Of a stretch of DNA of 56,920 bases, positions 1-9,872 are shown in pieces (position 1 is the stretch's first letter; the number at the start of each line of letters is the position of its first letter). The stretch covers positions 1 through 56,920 of the forward strand of contig JAJRSC010000011.1 of the NCBI GenBank assembly GCA_024278985.1, given 5' to 3'. The notes under the pieces are model-generated. The model was not told the DNA's origin, did not search any database, and saw only the letters and a program-made list of their open reading frames with translations. This stretch comes from an archaeon. Lineage in GTDB: Archaea > AGJL01 > Methanococci > Methanococcales > Methanocaldococcaceae. The position numbers and the translations under genes were made by a program.

Positions 1-34
1 GAGAGAAGCAAGACCATTAGACAGGAGGAGATAA
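1..34 (+). CDS. rps28e: 30S ribosomal protein S28e, 3' end (partial)
   Basis: Frame from position 2 reads [10 protein letters not shown] (TAA 32-34), matching the archaeal S28e C-terminus; lies directly before rpl24e as in the L7Ae-S28e-L24e cluster. Confidence 0.85.
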   Translation, partial: REARPLDRRR

Positions 35-36
35 CT

Positions 37-243
37 ATGCCAGAATGGAAAAAGTGCAGCTTTTGTGGGTATGAGATTGAACCAGGAACTGGAAAGATGT
101 ATGTAGAAAAAGATGGGAAAGTTCTTTATTTTTGTTCAAGAAAATGTGAGAGAAGTTATTTTATGGGTAGAAACCCAAGAAAATTAAAATGGACTAAAAT
201 CTACCAAGATATGAAAAAAGAGTTAAAAGCAAAACAAGAGTGA
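37..243 (+). CDS. rpl24e: 50S ribosomal protein L24e
   Basis: CSFCG..IEPGTG..YFCSRKC zinc/TRASH motif, RNPRKLKWT. Confidence 0.97.
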   Translation: MPEWKKCSFCGYEIEPGTGKMYVEKDGKVLYFCSRKCERSYFMGRNPRKLKWTKIYQDMKKELKAKQE

Positions 244-246
244 ATT

Positions 247-1317
247 ATGAAATTTATAGATTTATTTTCTGGGGCAGGAGGATTTAGTAGAGGATTTGTT
301 GAGGAGGGATTTAAACCTATTTTATCCATTGAATTAGAAGAAGATGCTGCTTTTTCTTATGCTTTAAATTTTAATGGAACTATTTTTGAAAAAGTTGAAA
401 ATGATTTTAAATTAAAAGAATTAAAGGGATATGTTGGAATTTATCCCTTTAAAATTCCTTTTGATGAAGAGAGTATAAAATGGCTTAAATTTTTAGGAAC
501 ATATAATAAAGATTTAAATCCAATAGTAATAAATGATGATATTAGAAATATCCATTCTCTTGATATCTTAAAATTAACAAAAAAAAGGCCTGATGTCATT
601 ATAGGAGGCCCTCCATGTGAGGGTTATACTGGAGCAAATCCCAAAAGAGAAAAGAATCCATTTAATAGATTATATAAAGATGAAACTGGAAGGTTGGTTT
701 TAGAATATATAAGGATTGTTGGAGATTTACAACCAAAAATATTTGTTATGGAAAATGTTCCAGGAATTAAGGATGTTAGAGGAGAGATTATAAAGGAATT
801 TAAAGAAGTTGGATATGAAAATATCTATTTCAATGAACTAAAAGCTGAAGATTATGGAAATCCATCAGTTAGAAGGAGAGTTTTTATTTCAAATATTGAA
901 ATAAATCCAGAAAAAACAAAAAAAATCAACGTTATTGAAGCAATTGGAGACTTAATGTATAAGTGAAGAGATGTTCCAAATCATGAATATATGGCATTAC
1001 CAAAAAAATATAGAAATAGAGTTCATAAACTTGGTTGGGGAGACGCTTTTTTATATTTTAAAGGAGCAAGTAGAAGATTGGGAAATTATGTAAGATTACA
1101 TCCATTAAAATTAGCTGAGACAGTTATGGGTAAAAGATTTTTTATTCATCCATATGAAGATAGATTACTAACTCCAAGAGAACAGGCAAGATTAATGAGT
1201 TATCCAGATTATCATTTATTTGCAGGTGGATTAAGAAGTTGTTTAAATCAGATTGGAGAAAGTGTTCCAGTTTGTTTGAGTAGAGCTATAGCTAAAGAAG
1301 TTAAAGAAAGTTTATAA
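247..1317 (+). CDS. C5 cytosine methyltransferase (Dcm family, MJ1200-like), interrupted as sequenced by in-frame TGA at 964-966
   Basis: Motif I DLFSGAGG, IV GGPPCEG, VI ENVPG, VIII RRRVF in ORF 247-966; motifs IX/X (LTPREQARLMSYP, QIGESVP) in ORF 991-1317 in the same frame; linker reads K*RDVPNHEY. Confidence 0.9.
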
Positions 1318-1388
1318 TTATGAAAAATTATAAATCTAATGAACTTAATTATTTTATAAATAAAAATTTCTAATGAAGTGAGAAAAAT

Positions 1389-1730
1389 ATGCCAAATTAT
1401 CATGTAACTTTACAGGCTGCATATATTGTTAAAAATGTTGATGATACTGAAGATGCTATTAGAGTGGCAATTTCTCAAATAGGGAAAACCTTAAACAAAG
1501 CTGGATTGAATTATGTAGATGTTGATGTTGGTTTAACAATATGTCCAAAATGTGGAGAGTTAATAGATTGTGTATTAGTTGTAGCAAGAACTGCATTAGT
1601 TGGAATATTATTAAGTATGAAGGTTTTTAATGCTGAAAATCAAGAACATGCTATTAGAATAGCAAAATCAACAATTGGAAGGGTTTTAAAAAATATTCCT
1701 CTTGAACCTGTTGAAGTAGTAGAAATTTAA
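1389..1730 (+). CDS. UPF0212/DUF555 family protein
   Basis: [11 protein letters not shown] start, [28 protein letters not shown] signature. Confidence 0.8.
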   Translation: MPNYHVTLQAAYIVKNVDDTEDAIRVAISQIGKTLNKAGLNYVDVDVGLTICPKCGELIDCVLVVARTALVGILLSMKVFNAENQEHAIRIAKSTIGRVLKNIPLEPVEVVEI

Positions 1731-1747
1731 AAGGAGAGTGATTATTT

Positions 1748-2209
1748 ATGTATAAAAAAATATTATATCCAACAGACTTTTCTGAAACTTCTGGTTTAGT
1801 TTTAGAACATTTAAAAACTTTTAAAGAACTTGGAGGAGAGGAAGTTATTATTTTACATGTTATTGAAGAAGAAAAGACAAAAAATATTTTATCAAGTTTA
1901 ATTAAATTTTTTAGCTTTAAAAAAGATGAAGCTGAGAGAGAGGTAATTAATAAATTAAAACATGAGGCTGAAGAGAAAATAAATAAAATTAAGGAAGAAC
2001 TTGAAAAGTATGGATACTCTGTTAAATGTATTATTGACTCTGGCTCACCACATAAAAAGATTGTTAAATATGCTGAAAATGAAGATGTTAATGTTATAAT
2101 AATGGGTTCCCATGGAGAAACTAATTTAAAAGAGATTTTATTAGGTTCTGTTACTGAGTATGTTGTTAAAAATACCACTAAGCCAGTTTTAATTATAAAT
2201 AGAAAGTGA
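1748..2209 (+). CDS. Universal stress protein (UspA family)
   Basis: YKKILYPTDFS start; IIMGSHG...LLGSVTEYVV motif. Confidence 0.93.
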   Translation: MYKKILYPTDFSETSGLVLEHLKTFKELGGEEVIILHVIEEEKTKNILSSLIKFFSFKKDEAEREVINKLKHEAEEKINKIKEELEKYGYSVKCIIDSGSPHKKIVKYAENEDVNVIIMGSHGETNLKEILLGSVTEYVVKNTTKPVLIINRK

Positions 2210-2215
2210 GTAATT

Positions 2216-2974
2216 ATGATAGAAAAAATAATAGATTTTATAAGAGAGACAGTTGAAAAAGCTAATGCTAATGGTGTTGTTATTGGATTAAGTGGTGGGA
2301 TAGATAGTTCAACAACTGCATTTTTATGTGTTAAAGCTCTTGGAAAGGATAAAGTTCTTGGAATTATAATGCCTGAAAGAGATACTAAAAAGGAAGATAT
2401 TGAGGATGCAATTAAAGTTGCTGAAATTCTTGGGATTAAGTATATAATAGCAGATATTACTGATGTTTTAAAAGCATTTGGAGCAGGAGGATATGTTCCA
2501 ACCAAAGAATTTGATAAAATTGCTGATGGAAATTTAAAGGCCAGAGTAAGAATGTGTATTCTTTACTACTATGCAAACAAATATAATTTATTAGTTGTTG
2601 GTACTGCAAATAAATCTGAGATTTATGTAGGTTATGGAACTAAGCATGGGGATATTGCCTGTGATTTTATGCCTATTGCACATCTGTTTAAAACAGAGGT
2701 TAGAGAATTAGCTAAGAAACTTAATGTTCCAGAAGAAATAATAAATAAAAAGCCATCAGCTGGATTATGGAAAGGACAGACAGATGAAGAAGAACTCGGA
2801 ATTAGTTATGATGAGTTAGATAAAATATTAAAACTATATGAAAAAGGAATGTCAAAGGAAGAAATTAGTAAGGAGCTAAATATTGATTTTGATAAGGTTA
2901 ATCATGTTTTTATGTTAATAGAAAAGAATAAACATAAAAGGGAACCACCTAAAAAGTTGGGAGATTATGTATGA
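2216..2974 (+). CDS. nadE: NH3-dependent NAD+ synthetase
   Basis: GLSGGIDSS PP-loop, NLKARVRM, GYGTKHGD, KKPSAGLWKGQTDEEELG. Confidence 0.96.
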   Translation: MIEKIIDFIRETVEKANANGVVIGLSGGIDSSTTAFLCVKALGKDKVLGIIMPERDTKKEDIEDAIKVAEILGIKYIIADITDVLKAFGAGGYVPTKEFDKIADGNLKARVRMCILYYYANKYNLLVVGTANKSEIYVGYGTKHGDIACDFMPIAHLFKTEVRELAKKLNVPEEIINKKPSAGLWKGQTDEEELGISYDELDKILKLYEKGMSKEEISKELNIDFDKVNHVFMLIEKNKHKREPPKKLGDYV

Positions 2975-3881
2975 GATAGTAAGATATGAGGGAGGAGTTT
3001 ATAAAAATAATATTTTTAAGGAGTGGATTGAAGATATTGGAGGCTTTATATTACAGGAGCATGTTATGCAGTTAGATGTATATATGACCTTAGCTATTCC
3101 TCAAACTGAAATAGAAAACTTAAAAAAAGAAGCTAAAAAATACAAAGGAAAAATAATAGAGACTCCCTTAGCAGGAACAGAAATAGCTGTTGTTGCTCCA
3201 AGTTTATCAAGGCATCATTTACCACATACTGCATGTGATATAGCTGAATATTTAAGAAGATTTGGAGCAAAAAGTAATATGATTGGATTAGCAAGAGGTG
3301 TAGGAAAAGATATAGCTATGCTTAGAGAAAAGGAAAAGAGATTAATAGAAGAGCATGATTTAGCTGTTTATGTTATGGGAAATTTTGATGCATGTATTAA
3401 AGATAAGGTCCATTTATTTGATGTAGAGGTCCCTGTTGTTGTAACTGGAGGGCCTGAAAAAGTTGATATACCTTACCCATATGTTGGAAATCTTGGAAGA
3501 AGAAGCCACAGATTAAGACATGGAGATGAGATAAGAGCATTAAGAGAAATGATAAATGTTATAACCCAACTAATTAACAAAAAAAGAAAAGAACTTTCAT
3601 ATGACCCTCCAGTAATTCCTCCTGTTATTGTTAAGGATGAAATTGAAAAGCAAGTTGAAGATATTTATAATATCTTATCTCCAATGCCAATAGTTACACA
3701 ATTAGATGGTTTAAGGATTAAATTAGATTATGATAAATACAAGGATAAAATAGAGAATGTCAAAATAAGAAACTATACATTAAAAGATATAGCTTTTATA
3801 AAGAGAAGTGAGATGAAAAACTACATTTTAGTAAAAATAAAACCAAAATCTGAAGTTGAATATGAAATGGGATATAGATGA
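2967..3881 (+). CDS. mmp7: Methanogenesis marker protein 7 (MCR activation complex component)
   Basis: YEGGVYK start, IEDIGGFILQEH, HHLPHTACDIAEYLRR motifs. Confidence 0.88.
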   Translation: MYEIVRYEGGVYKNNIFKEWIEDIGGFILQEHVMQLDVYMTLAIPQTEIENLKKEAKKYKGKIIETPLAGTEIAVVAPSLSRHHLPHTACDIAEYLRRFGAKSNMIGLARGVGKDIAMLREKEKRLIEEHDLAVYVMGNFDACIKDKVHLFDVEVPVVVTGGPEKVDIPYPYVGNLGRRSHRLRHGDEIRALREMINVITQLINKKRKELSYDPPVIPPVIVKDEIEKQVEDIYNILSPMPIVTQLDGLRIKLDYDKYKDKIENVKIRNYTLKDIAFIKRSEMKNYILVKIKPKSEVEYEMGYR

Positions 3882-4273
3882 GGATGTATAATATTGATGA
3901 AGAAGAACTTATATTACCTCCAGGAATTCCTGAAAGTGTTATTGCAAGAGTTGTGGAGATATGTAATCTTAGATATGAACCAAGAGAAGAACCTCTTGCA
4001 ATGGTTTTAATAGGAAAAAAGGAAAATTTAGAAAAGGCTAAAAAATATTTAGCTTTAATAACAGAATTAAAATTATTTTTAAGAGATTTAGCAAGATTAT
4101 CAAAAAAGCATAATATAAAATCCCATATCTATACTGATGATAATGAAGTTAGATACCTATTAGAGAAAATTATTAATGATATAGCTAATAGTGAATATAT
4201 AGAGATTGCCAACGAATTACCAGATGAGTATGAAGTTATAAATATTTTAGATAAAAAAATATATGTGTTTTAA
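3878..4273 (+). CDS. Hypothetical protein coupled to mmp7
   Basis: 131-aa ORF, ATGA overlap with the mmp7 stop, host-like codon usage; no family recognised. Confidence 0.7.
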   Translation: MRMYNIDEEELILPPGIPESVIARVVEICNLRYEPREEPLAMVLIGKKENLEKAKKYLALITELKLFLRDLARLSKKHNIKSHIYTDDNEVRYLLEKIINDIANSEYIEIANELPDEYEVINILDKKIYVF

Positions 4274-5668
4274 ATGATTTTCTACCTTTTGGGGGGGATA
4301 TTAGAAATTTTGGGAGTGATTATATTAGTTCCTATTATAGTAGCTTTATATTATCATGAACAAACTATTTTTGTTTTTTTATCTACAGGATTGGGTAGTA
4401 TAATATTGGGGAGAATAATAAAGATTATTTTTAAAAAAGATTTAAATAATAATGTCAAATTAAAAGATTTCATGGTGTTTTCTGCAAGTGCTTGGCTTTT
4501 AGCTTCTCTAATTGGGGCTATTCCTTTTTTGACTATTCCTTATTTTAATTATTTAGACTCTGTTTATGAAAGTATGTCTGCATGGACTACTACAGGAATG
4601 ACATTAATAAATAATGTTGAAATCTTACCAAAATCCATTTTGTTTTGTAGAAGTTTAGAGCAATGGATTGGTGGAGTAGGAATATTAGTTTTTTCTGCTG
4701 GAATTTTAACAAGAGGAGGATATTTAACAAACCTCTTATATATTTCAGAGGCAAGACAAGAAAAGATATATCCAAGTTCATTACATACAATTGAATCAAT
4801 AATTTGGATATACCTATTTTATACAATTATAGGAATTCTATTATTACATCTTACAGGTATGCCATTGTTTGATGCTATAAATTTATGTTTTACAGGAATA
4901 GCTACTGGAGGAATGAGTATAAAAAATGATAGTTTTCCATATTCTGATTTATCAAAAATAGTTATGATAATTATAATGCTTATTGGAGGGGTTATATCTT
5001 TTCAAGTTCATCATAAGATATTAACAGGAAGATTGTTTAAAGATATTCAAACAAAATATGCATTAATTGTTATATTTATTATATCTGCTATTATATTTTT
5101 ATATGACAAGATTGATTTTATTGATTCTCTTTTTACTGTTGTCTCTGCATTAACATCTACTGGTTTTACAACAATAAATATAACTACTCTTAGTAATTTT
5201 TCATTATTTTTATTAATATTTATAATGCTTATTGGAGGAGGTGCAGGAACTACTACAGGAGGAGTTAAGATAATAAGATTTTTAATTTTATTAAAGGTTG
5301 TTTATTATGAAATAAAAAGAGTGTTTTATCCAAAATCAGCAGTAATTTATGAAGAATTAGCAGGAAAAAAAATAGATAAACAAGTAGTTAGGGATGCTAT
5401 AACATTATTTTTATTATATTCATTAACATCTTTTTTATTATCAGTATTTTTTATGGCTTTGGGATATAATCCAATTGTATCTATTTTTGATAGTGTTTCT
5501 TTTGTTAGTAATATAGGGCTATCTTTAGGTTTAGTTACTGTAAAATCTACTGCAATTGTTAAAATTGCTGGTATTCTTGGTATGTGGTTGGGAAGATTGG
5601 AGTTCATTCCTGTTATTGTACTATTTATTGAAATATTTAACAAGATAAAAATTAAAAGATGTGGATAA
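4274..5668 (+). CDS. trkH: TrkH/KtrB potassium uptake membrane protein
   Basis: Multi-TM protein with pore loops SAWTTTGM, GIATGG, SALTSTGF, SNIGL; GGGAGTTTGGVKIIR, MWLGRLE. Confidence 0.93.
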   Translation: MIFYLLGGILEILGVIILVPIIVALYYHEQTIFVFLSTGLGSIILGRIIKIIFKKDLNNNVKLKDFMVFSASAWLLASLIGAIPFLTIPYFNYLDSVYESMSAWTTTGMTLINNVEILPKSILFCRSLEQWIGGVGILVFSAGILTRGGYLTNLLYISEARQEKIYPSSLHTIESIIWIYLFYTIIGILLLHLTGMPLFDAINLCFTGIATGGMSIKNDSFPYSDLSKIVMIIIMLIGGVISFQVHHKILTGRLFKDIQTKYALIVIFIISAIIFLYDKIDFIDSLFTVVSALTSTGFTTINITTLSNFSLFLLIFIMLIGGGAGTTTGGVKIIRFLILLKVVYYEIKRVFYPKSAVIYEELAGKKIDKQVVRDAITLFLLYSLTSFLLSVFFMALGYNPIVSIFDSVSFVSNIGLSLGLVTVKSTAIVKIAGILGMWLGRLEFIPVIVLFIEIFNKIKIKRCG

Positions 5669-5719
5669 TATATATTAATATTTTTAATATCTTGTATTAA
5701 AAATTTTAAACAGGTAATT

Positions 5720-5787
5720 TTTTATATAATATTATTTTAGGATTATTTTGTTCAAAAAATTCTGAACATTCAAAACACATTCAAAAC
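5720..5787 (+). promoter_or_regulatory. TATA box, palindromic operator candidate and 11-bp tandem repeat upstream of the GbsR/MarR regulator
   Basis: TTTATATA near 5721-5728; TGTTCA-N8-TGAACA at 5749-5768; ACATTCAAAAC x2 at 5766-5787. Confidence 0.55.
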
Positions 5788-5799
5788 TTTGTGATTGTT

Positions 5800-6231
5800 A
5801 TGACTGAGGCCAGAGAGATTATTATCAATATGTTCTCAGAGCTTGCCAAGCTTCATGGGCTAAATAAATCAGTTGGAGCAGTATATGCAGTTCTATATCT
5901 TTCAGATAGACCTTTATCTATTTCAGATATTATGAAAGAACTTAAAATTAGTAAGGGAAATGTGAGCATGTCATTAAAAAAGCTTGAAGAGCTTGGATTT
6001 GTAAAAAAAGTATGGATTGAAGGAGATAGAAAAAATTACTATGTTGCAAATGAAGGATTTAAGTCAATTAAAGATATTGCCTTTAAAAAACATCAAATTA
6101 TAACCAACACATTAAAAGAACTTAAAACTCTAAAAGTAGATGAGAAATTAGCTAAAAAAATAAAAAATTTGGAAAAAATGGAAAAAATTTCTAAAAAAAT
6201 ATGTGATATTTTAGATGAGGTAGATGGTTGA
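5800..6231 (+). CDS. GbsR/MarR-family winged-helix transcription regulator
   Basis: [42 protein letters not shown]...GDRKNYY; ATG 5800 follows a GTGA RBS (track start 5791). Confidence 0.88.
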   Translation: MTEAREIIINMFSELAKLHGLNKSVGAVYAVLYLSDRPLSISDIMKELKISKGNVSMSLKKLEELGFVKKVWIEGDRKNYYVANEGFKSIKDIAFKKHQIITNTLKELKTLKVDEKLAKKIKNLEKMEKISKKICDILDEVDG

Positions 6232-7379
6232 TGATAAGAAAATGTTTAAAAAAAATAGCAAGATTTTCTGAACAGCATCCATTTATTATGGTAGCAATAG
6301 TTTTAATAATAACTGTTTTTGCTATGATTTCTGCTAAAAATGTTAAGTTTCAAACAGCTTTTGAAAAAATGCTACCTCAAAATGACCCAATAATTAAAAC
6401 ATTTTATGATGTTAGGGATGAGTTTGGAGGGACTGATGTTATTATTATTGCTGTTAAAGTTGTTCCATCAGATAACCCAGATAGGGCAGTTGATGTTAGA
6501 GACCCCAGGGTTTTAAAGGCTATTAAAGAGTTAGAAGATAGTTTAAAAACTGTTAATGGAATAACTGGAGTTTCCTCACCTGTGGATAAAATTATTGCCC
6601 TAAATAATGGAACAGTTCCAAATGATATAGAAACTGTAAAAGAGATTCTTCAAAAACTACCAGAAAGTGAAAGATTAAAGATATTTAATATAGATTATAC
6701 AATGACAACAATTTATGCATATACAGATGAAGGAGATAATCAGAAAAAACTCATTAGATTGATGAGAGAAGTTTATGAAAGAATTGATGATGCTCCATTT
6801 CCTCCAGGTATTGAAGTATTACCTACAGGAACACCTCCAATGAGAGAATTGCTATACAGATTGATGAATGAAAGTCAAATATATACAACTGCTATTGGGT
6901 TTATTGGGATTTTTATAATTTTAGTTTTATACTTTAGAAGACCTGTAGGTTCTTTTCTTCCACTATTACCAATTATTATAGCAATTATTTGGACTGGAGG
7001 AGCTATGGGATTATTAGGAATTCCTGTAGATATGGCAACTGCAGGAATAGGTTCTTTAATCTTGGGGTTAGGGATTGATTATGGAATCCATTTAATGCAT
7101 AGATTCTATGAAGAAAGAAAAAGATATCCAATTGATAAGGCAATAGAGATTGCTGTTGTAGAAACAGGAAGTGCTGTTTTAGCAACAACTGCAACCACAG
7201 TTGTAGGATTTTTAGCTTTGGTTATTTCACCTCTTCCAATAATGGAAAATTTAGGAAAAGTTTGTGCTCTTGGGATTACCTTCTCAATGATTATTGTCCT
7301 TACTCTTCTCCCTGCAATGTTAATTATAGAAATTAAATATATTGAACCATATATTAAAAAATTAATTAGGAGGGTATAA
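6228..7379 (+). CDS. Half-size RND/MMPL (HAE3-type) transporter
   Basis: One TM, large loop, then 5 TM; [10 protein letters not shown] motif. Confidence 0.87.
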   Translation: MMIRKCLKKIARFSEQHPFIMVAIVLIITVFAMISAKNVKFQTAFEKMLPQNDPIIKTFYDVRDEFGGTDVIIIAVKVVPSDNPDRAVDVRDPRVLKAIKELEDSLKTVNGITGVSSPVDKIIALNNGTVPNDIETVKEILQKLPESERLKIFNIDYTMTTIYAYTDEGDNQKKLIRLMREVYERIDDAPFPPGIEVLPTGTPPMRELLYRLMNESQIYTTAIGFIGIFIILVLYFRRPVGSFLPLLPIIIAIIWTGGAMGLLGIPVDMATAGIGSLILGLGIDYGIHLMHRFYEERKRYPIDKAIEIAVVETGSAVLATTATTVVGFLALVISPLPIMENLGKVCALGITFSMIIVLTLLPAMLIIEIKYIEPYIKKLIRRV

Positions 7380-7380
7380 A

Positions 7381-9036
7381 ATGAGAAAGTTCTTAATGCT
7401 TATTATATTATCAGTTGTTTTATTGCAAAGCTATGCAATTCAAATAGGAGAGCCAGAATATAATCCTAAAATTATTCATCCTGGGGATGATGTAGATTTA
7501 TGGGTTAAAATATATAATGATAATTATGATGAAAATAATAAAGTTAAGAATATTGTAGTTAGTATTAAACCACATTATCCTTTTGAGCTAAAGCAGGTTA
7601 ATCCTGTTAAAGGGAAGGTTTATATTGACAGTTTAAATATTGGAGAAAGTTATACTGCCTACTTTAAACTTCATGTAAATGAAAATGCCAAATCTGGAGA
7701 TTATAGAATTGATATATCTGTCAGTTATGATTTTGTAACTAAGGATGGTCAAACTTACCACTATAATATAACTAAAGTATATTATCTTCCTATATATGGA
7801 ACTGCCGACTTTGAGATTTCTGGAGATTTTAATTTAATTCCATCAAAAACTCAAGAAGTCCCAATAACAATAAAAAATACAGGGACTGGAACAGCTAAAG
7901 AAGTTAATATATATATTGGATACACATTAAACTCAGTCTCTGCTGGAAAAGAAAGTTTATCAATATCTGAATATGGAACAACTAAAACAACAGAAAAAAC
8001 TATATTCTATCCTACTCCAATTCCATTATCTAACTTAATAGTATCCCCATTAAATATAAATAAATTTTATATTGGAACTTTAAAACCAGGTGATACAAAA
8101 ACTATAAATGTTAAGTTCTACACCTCTCCAAATGCAAATGAAGGAGTTTATTCTATTCCTGTGGTAATAACATGGATAGATGATGATGGTAGTAAGAAAG
8201 CTGAACAGATTTCTTTAGGAGCTTATGTTAAAGGGGATATACAATTAGATGTTTCCAATGTTATAACAGAACCTAAGGAAATTAAAGCAGGAGACAGTTA
8301 TGTTAGGATAGATGTTGAAATAACAAACAATGGGCATACTGAAGCAAAAAATGTTAAAGTTAATCTTAAAACATCATATCCATTTAAAGATAGTTGGAGT
8401 AATTGTAATATAAAAGATATTGGAAACCTACTTCCAGGAGCTTCTAAAATTGTATCTTTCTATGTAGATGTTGATAAAGATGCATCTTCACAACATTATA
8501 AACTACCTTTAATTATAACATACTTAACACCATCAAATAAGTTAAAAGAAACAACTAAATATATAGATATATATATAAAACCAAAACCAATGTTTGAAAT
8601 ATTAACAAAGAATATAACTGTTATAGCAGGTAAAGAGAATAAAGTTCTTATAAAAATAAAAAATATTGGTGGAGAAAAGGCTGAGAGAGTTAGAATATCT
8701 GCAATAAAAAACTCTGGTCAGCCATTTGATTATCCTGTAAGAAGTGATTTAGTTGGAACATTATATCCAAATGAAACAGGAATTGGAGCTATTGTTATAA
8801 AGCCTGATAGTAATGCTATATCTAAACCATATATAATAACACTTGAAATAAGATGTGCAGGAGATAGTGATGAAGGAGATTATAACGTATATGTATATTA
8901 CAAACCTTTAAAAGTTTATGTCAAAAATTCAAAATCTAACTTTAGTTTTATAGTATTAGGGATAATATTGCTTATTATATTAGGAGTAGTATATTATTTC
9001 AAAAAAAGAAATAATAAAAGTTTAGAAAGCAATTAA
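7381..9036 (+). CDS. COG1361 S-layer/CARDB-like surface protein
   Basis: Signal peptide, repeated beta-rich Ig-like units (ITIKNTGTGTAKEV, EITNNGHTEAKNV), C-terminal TM plus basic tail. Confidence 0.82.
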   Translation: MRKFLMLIILSVVLLQSYAIQIGEPEYNPKIIHPGDDVDLWVKIYNDNYDENNKVKNIVVSIKPHYPFELKQVNPVKGKVYIDSLNIGESYTAYFKLHVNENAKSGDYRIDISVSYDFVTKDGQTYHYNITKVYYLPIYGTADFEISGDFNLIPSKTQEVPITIKNTGTGTAKEVNIYIGYTLNSVSAGKESLSISEYGTTKTTEKTIFYPTPIPLSNLIVSPLNINKFYIGTLKPGDTKTINVKFYTSPNANEGVYSIPVVITWIDDDGSKKAEQISLGAYVKGDIQLDVSNVITEPKEIKAGDSYVRIDVEITNNGHTEAKNVKVNLKTSYPFKDSWSNCNIKDIGNLLPGASKIVSFYVDVDKDASSQHYKLPLIITYLTPSNKLKETTKYIDIYIKPKPMFEILTKNITVIAGKENKVLIKIKNIGGEKAERVRISAIKNSGQPFDYPVRSDLVGTLYPNETGIGAIVIKPDSNAISKPYIITLEIRCAGDSDEGDYNVYVYYKPLKVYVKNSKSNFSFIVLGIILLIILGVVYYFKKRNNKSLESN

Positions 9037-9872
9037 CATTTTTCTTTAATATAATTTAATAAATTTTTCCTCACATCTCCTATAGTATATCCCATTTCTA
9101 TTGGAATTTTATCTTTTTTATTTAATATTTCTACAAGATGGGCAACTCTTGGTAATCTTAAATTTGCTTTTCTTATTGTTTCTACATCACTAAAAACTTC
9201 TTTTGGAGACCCTTCTTTTAAAATTTTCCCGCCATACATTACATAAACATTATCAGCATATACAGGAACTAAATCAACATCATGGGTTGATATTATTATA
9301 GTTATTCCCTTTTTGTTTAAGTCATATAAAAGTTTCATAATCTTTGATGCTCCTATAGGGTCTAAACCAGCAGTTGGCTCATCTAAGACAATAACCTCTG
9401 GCTCCATTGCCAATATTCCAGCTATTGCTACTCTTTTTTTTTGACCTCCACTAAGATGATGAGGTGGCTTATTCTCAAAACCTTCTAAACCTACAGCCTT
9501 TAAAGCCTCTTTAACTCTCCTCTCAACTTCATCCTTAGGCAAACCTAAATTTAATGGCCCAAATGCAACATCTTCTGCAACAGTTGGAGCAAATATTTGG
9601 TCATCAGGATTTTGAAATACAATTCCAACAGTTTTTCTAACTTTTAATAAACCCTCTTTATTATATTTTATTGGCTCTCCCTTTACTAATACTTCTCCCT
9701 TAGTGGGCTTTAAAATACCATTAAAATGTAAAAATAGTGTAGTTTTTCCTACACCATTAGGCCCTAAAAGAGCAACCATATCCCCTTTTTTAACTTTAAG
9801 ATTTATACCTTTTAATACTTGAGTTCCATCAGGATAAGAAAAATATAAATCTCTTGTTTCAATCATATACAT
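9033..9872 (-). CDS. cbiO: Cobalt ECF transporter ATPase
   Basis: Walker A GPNGVGKT, FQNPDDQ, LSGGQKKR, LDEPTAGLD; cbiMNQO context. Confidence 0.94.
   Translation of the reverse strand: MYMIETRDLYFSYPDGTQVLKGINLKVKKGDMVALLGPNGVGKTTLFLHFNGILKPTKGEVLVKGEPIKYNKEGLLKVRKTVGIVFQNPDDQIFAPTVAEDVAFGPLNLGLPKDEVERRVKEALKAVGLEGFENKPPHHLSGGQKKRVAIAGILAMEPEVIVLDEPTAGLDPIGASKIMKLLYDLNKKGITIIISTHDVDLVPVYADNVYVMYGGKILKEGSPKEVFSDVETIRKANLRLPRVAHLVEILNKKDKIPIEMGYTIGDVRKNLLNYIKEKC

Noticed and set aside
964-966. Selenocysteine insertion at the methyltransferase UGA
   Set aside because: The position is outside the catalytic PC motif, Gly is expected, no SECIS-like hairpin lies downstream, and it fits the shared G>T pattern.
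1654-2505. 283-aa minus-strand ORF and other antisense or overlapping ORFs (4590, 5347, 7003, 12889, 16406, 17592, 18971, 22484, 23003, 23826, 26699, 27715, 29011, 32530, 34724, 34957, 36302, 37905, 44540, 48726, 50813, 51526)
   Set aside because: Shadow frames of well-supported genes, with S/F/I/L-rich composition typical of reverse complements and no motifs.
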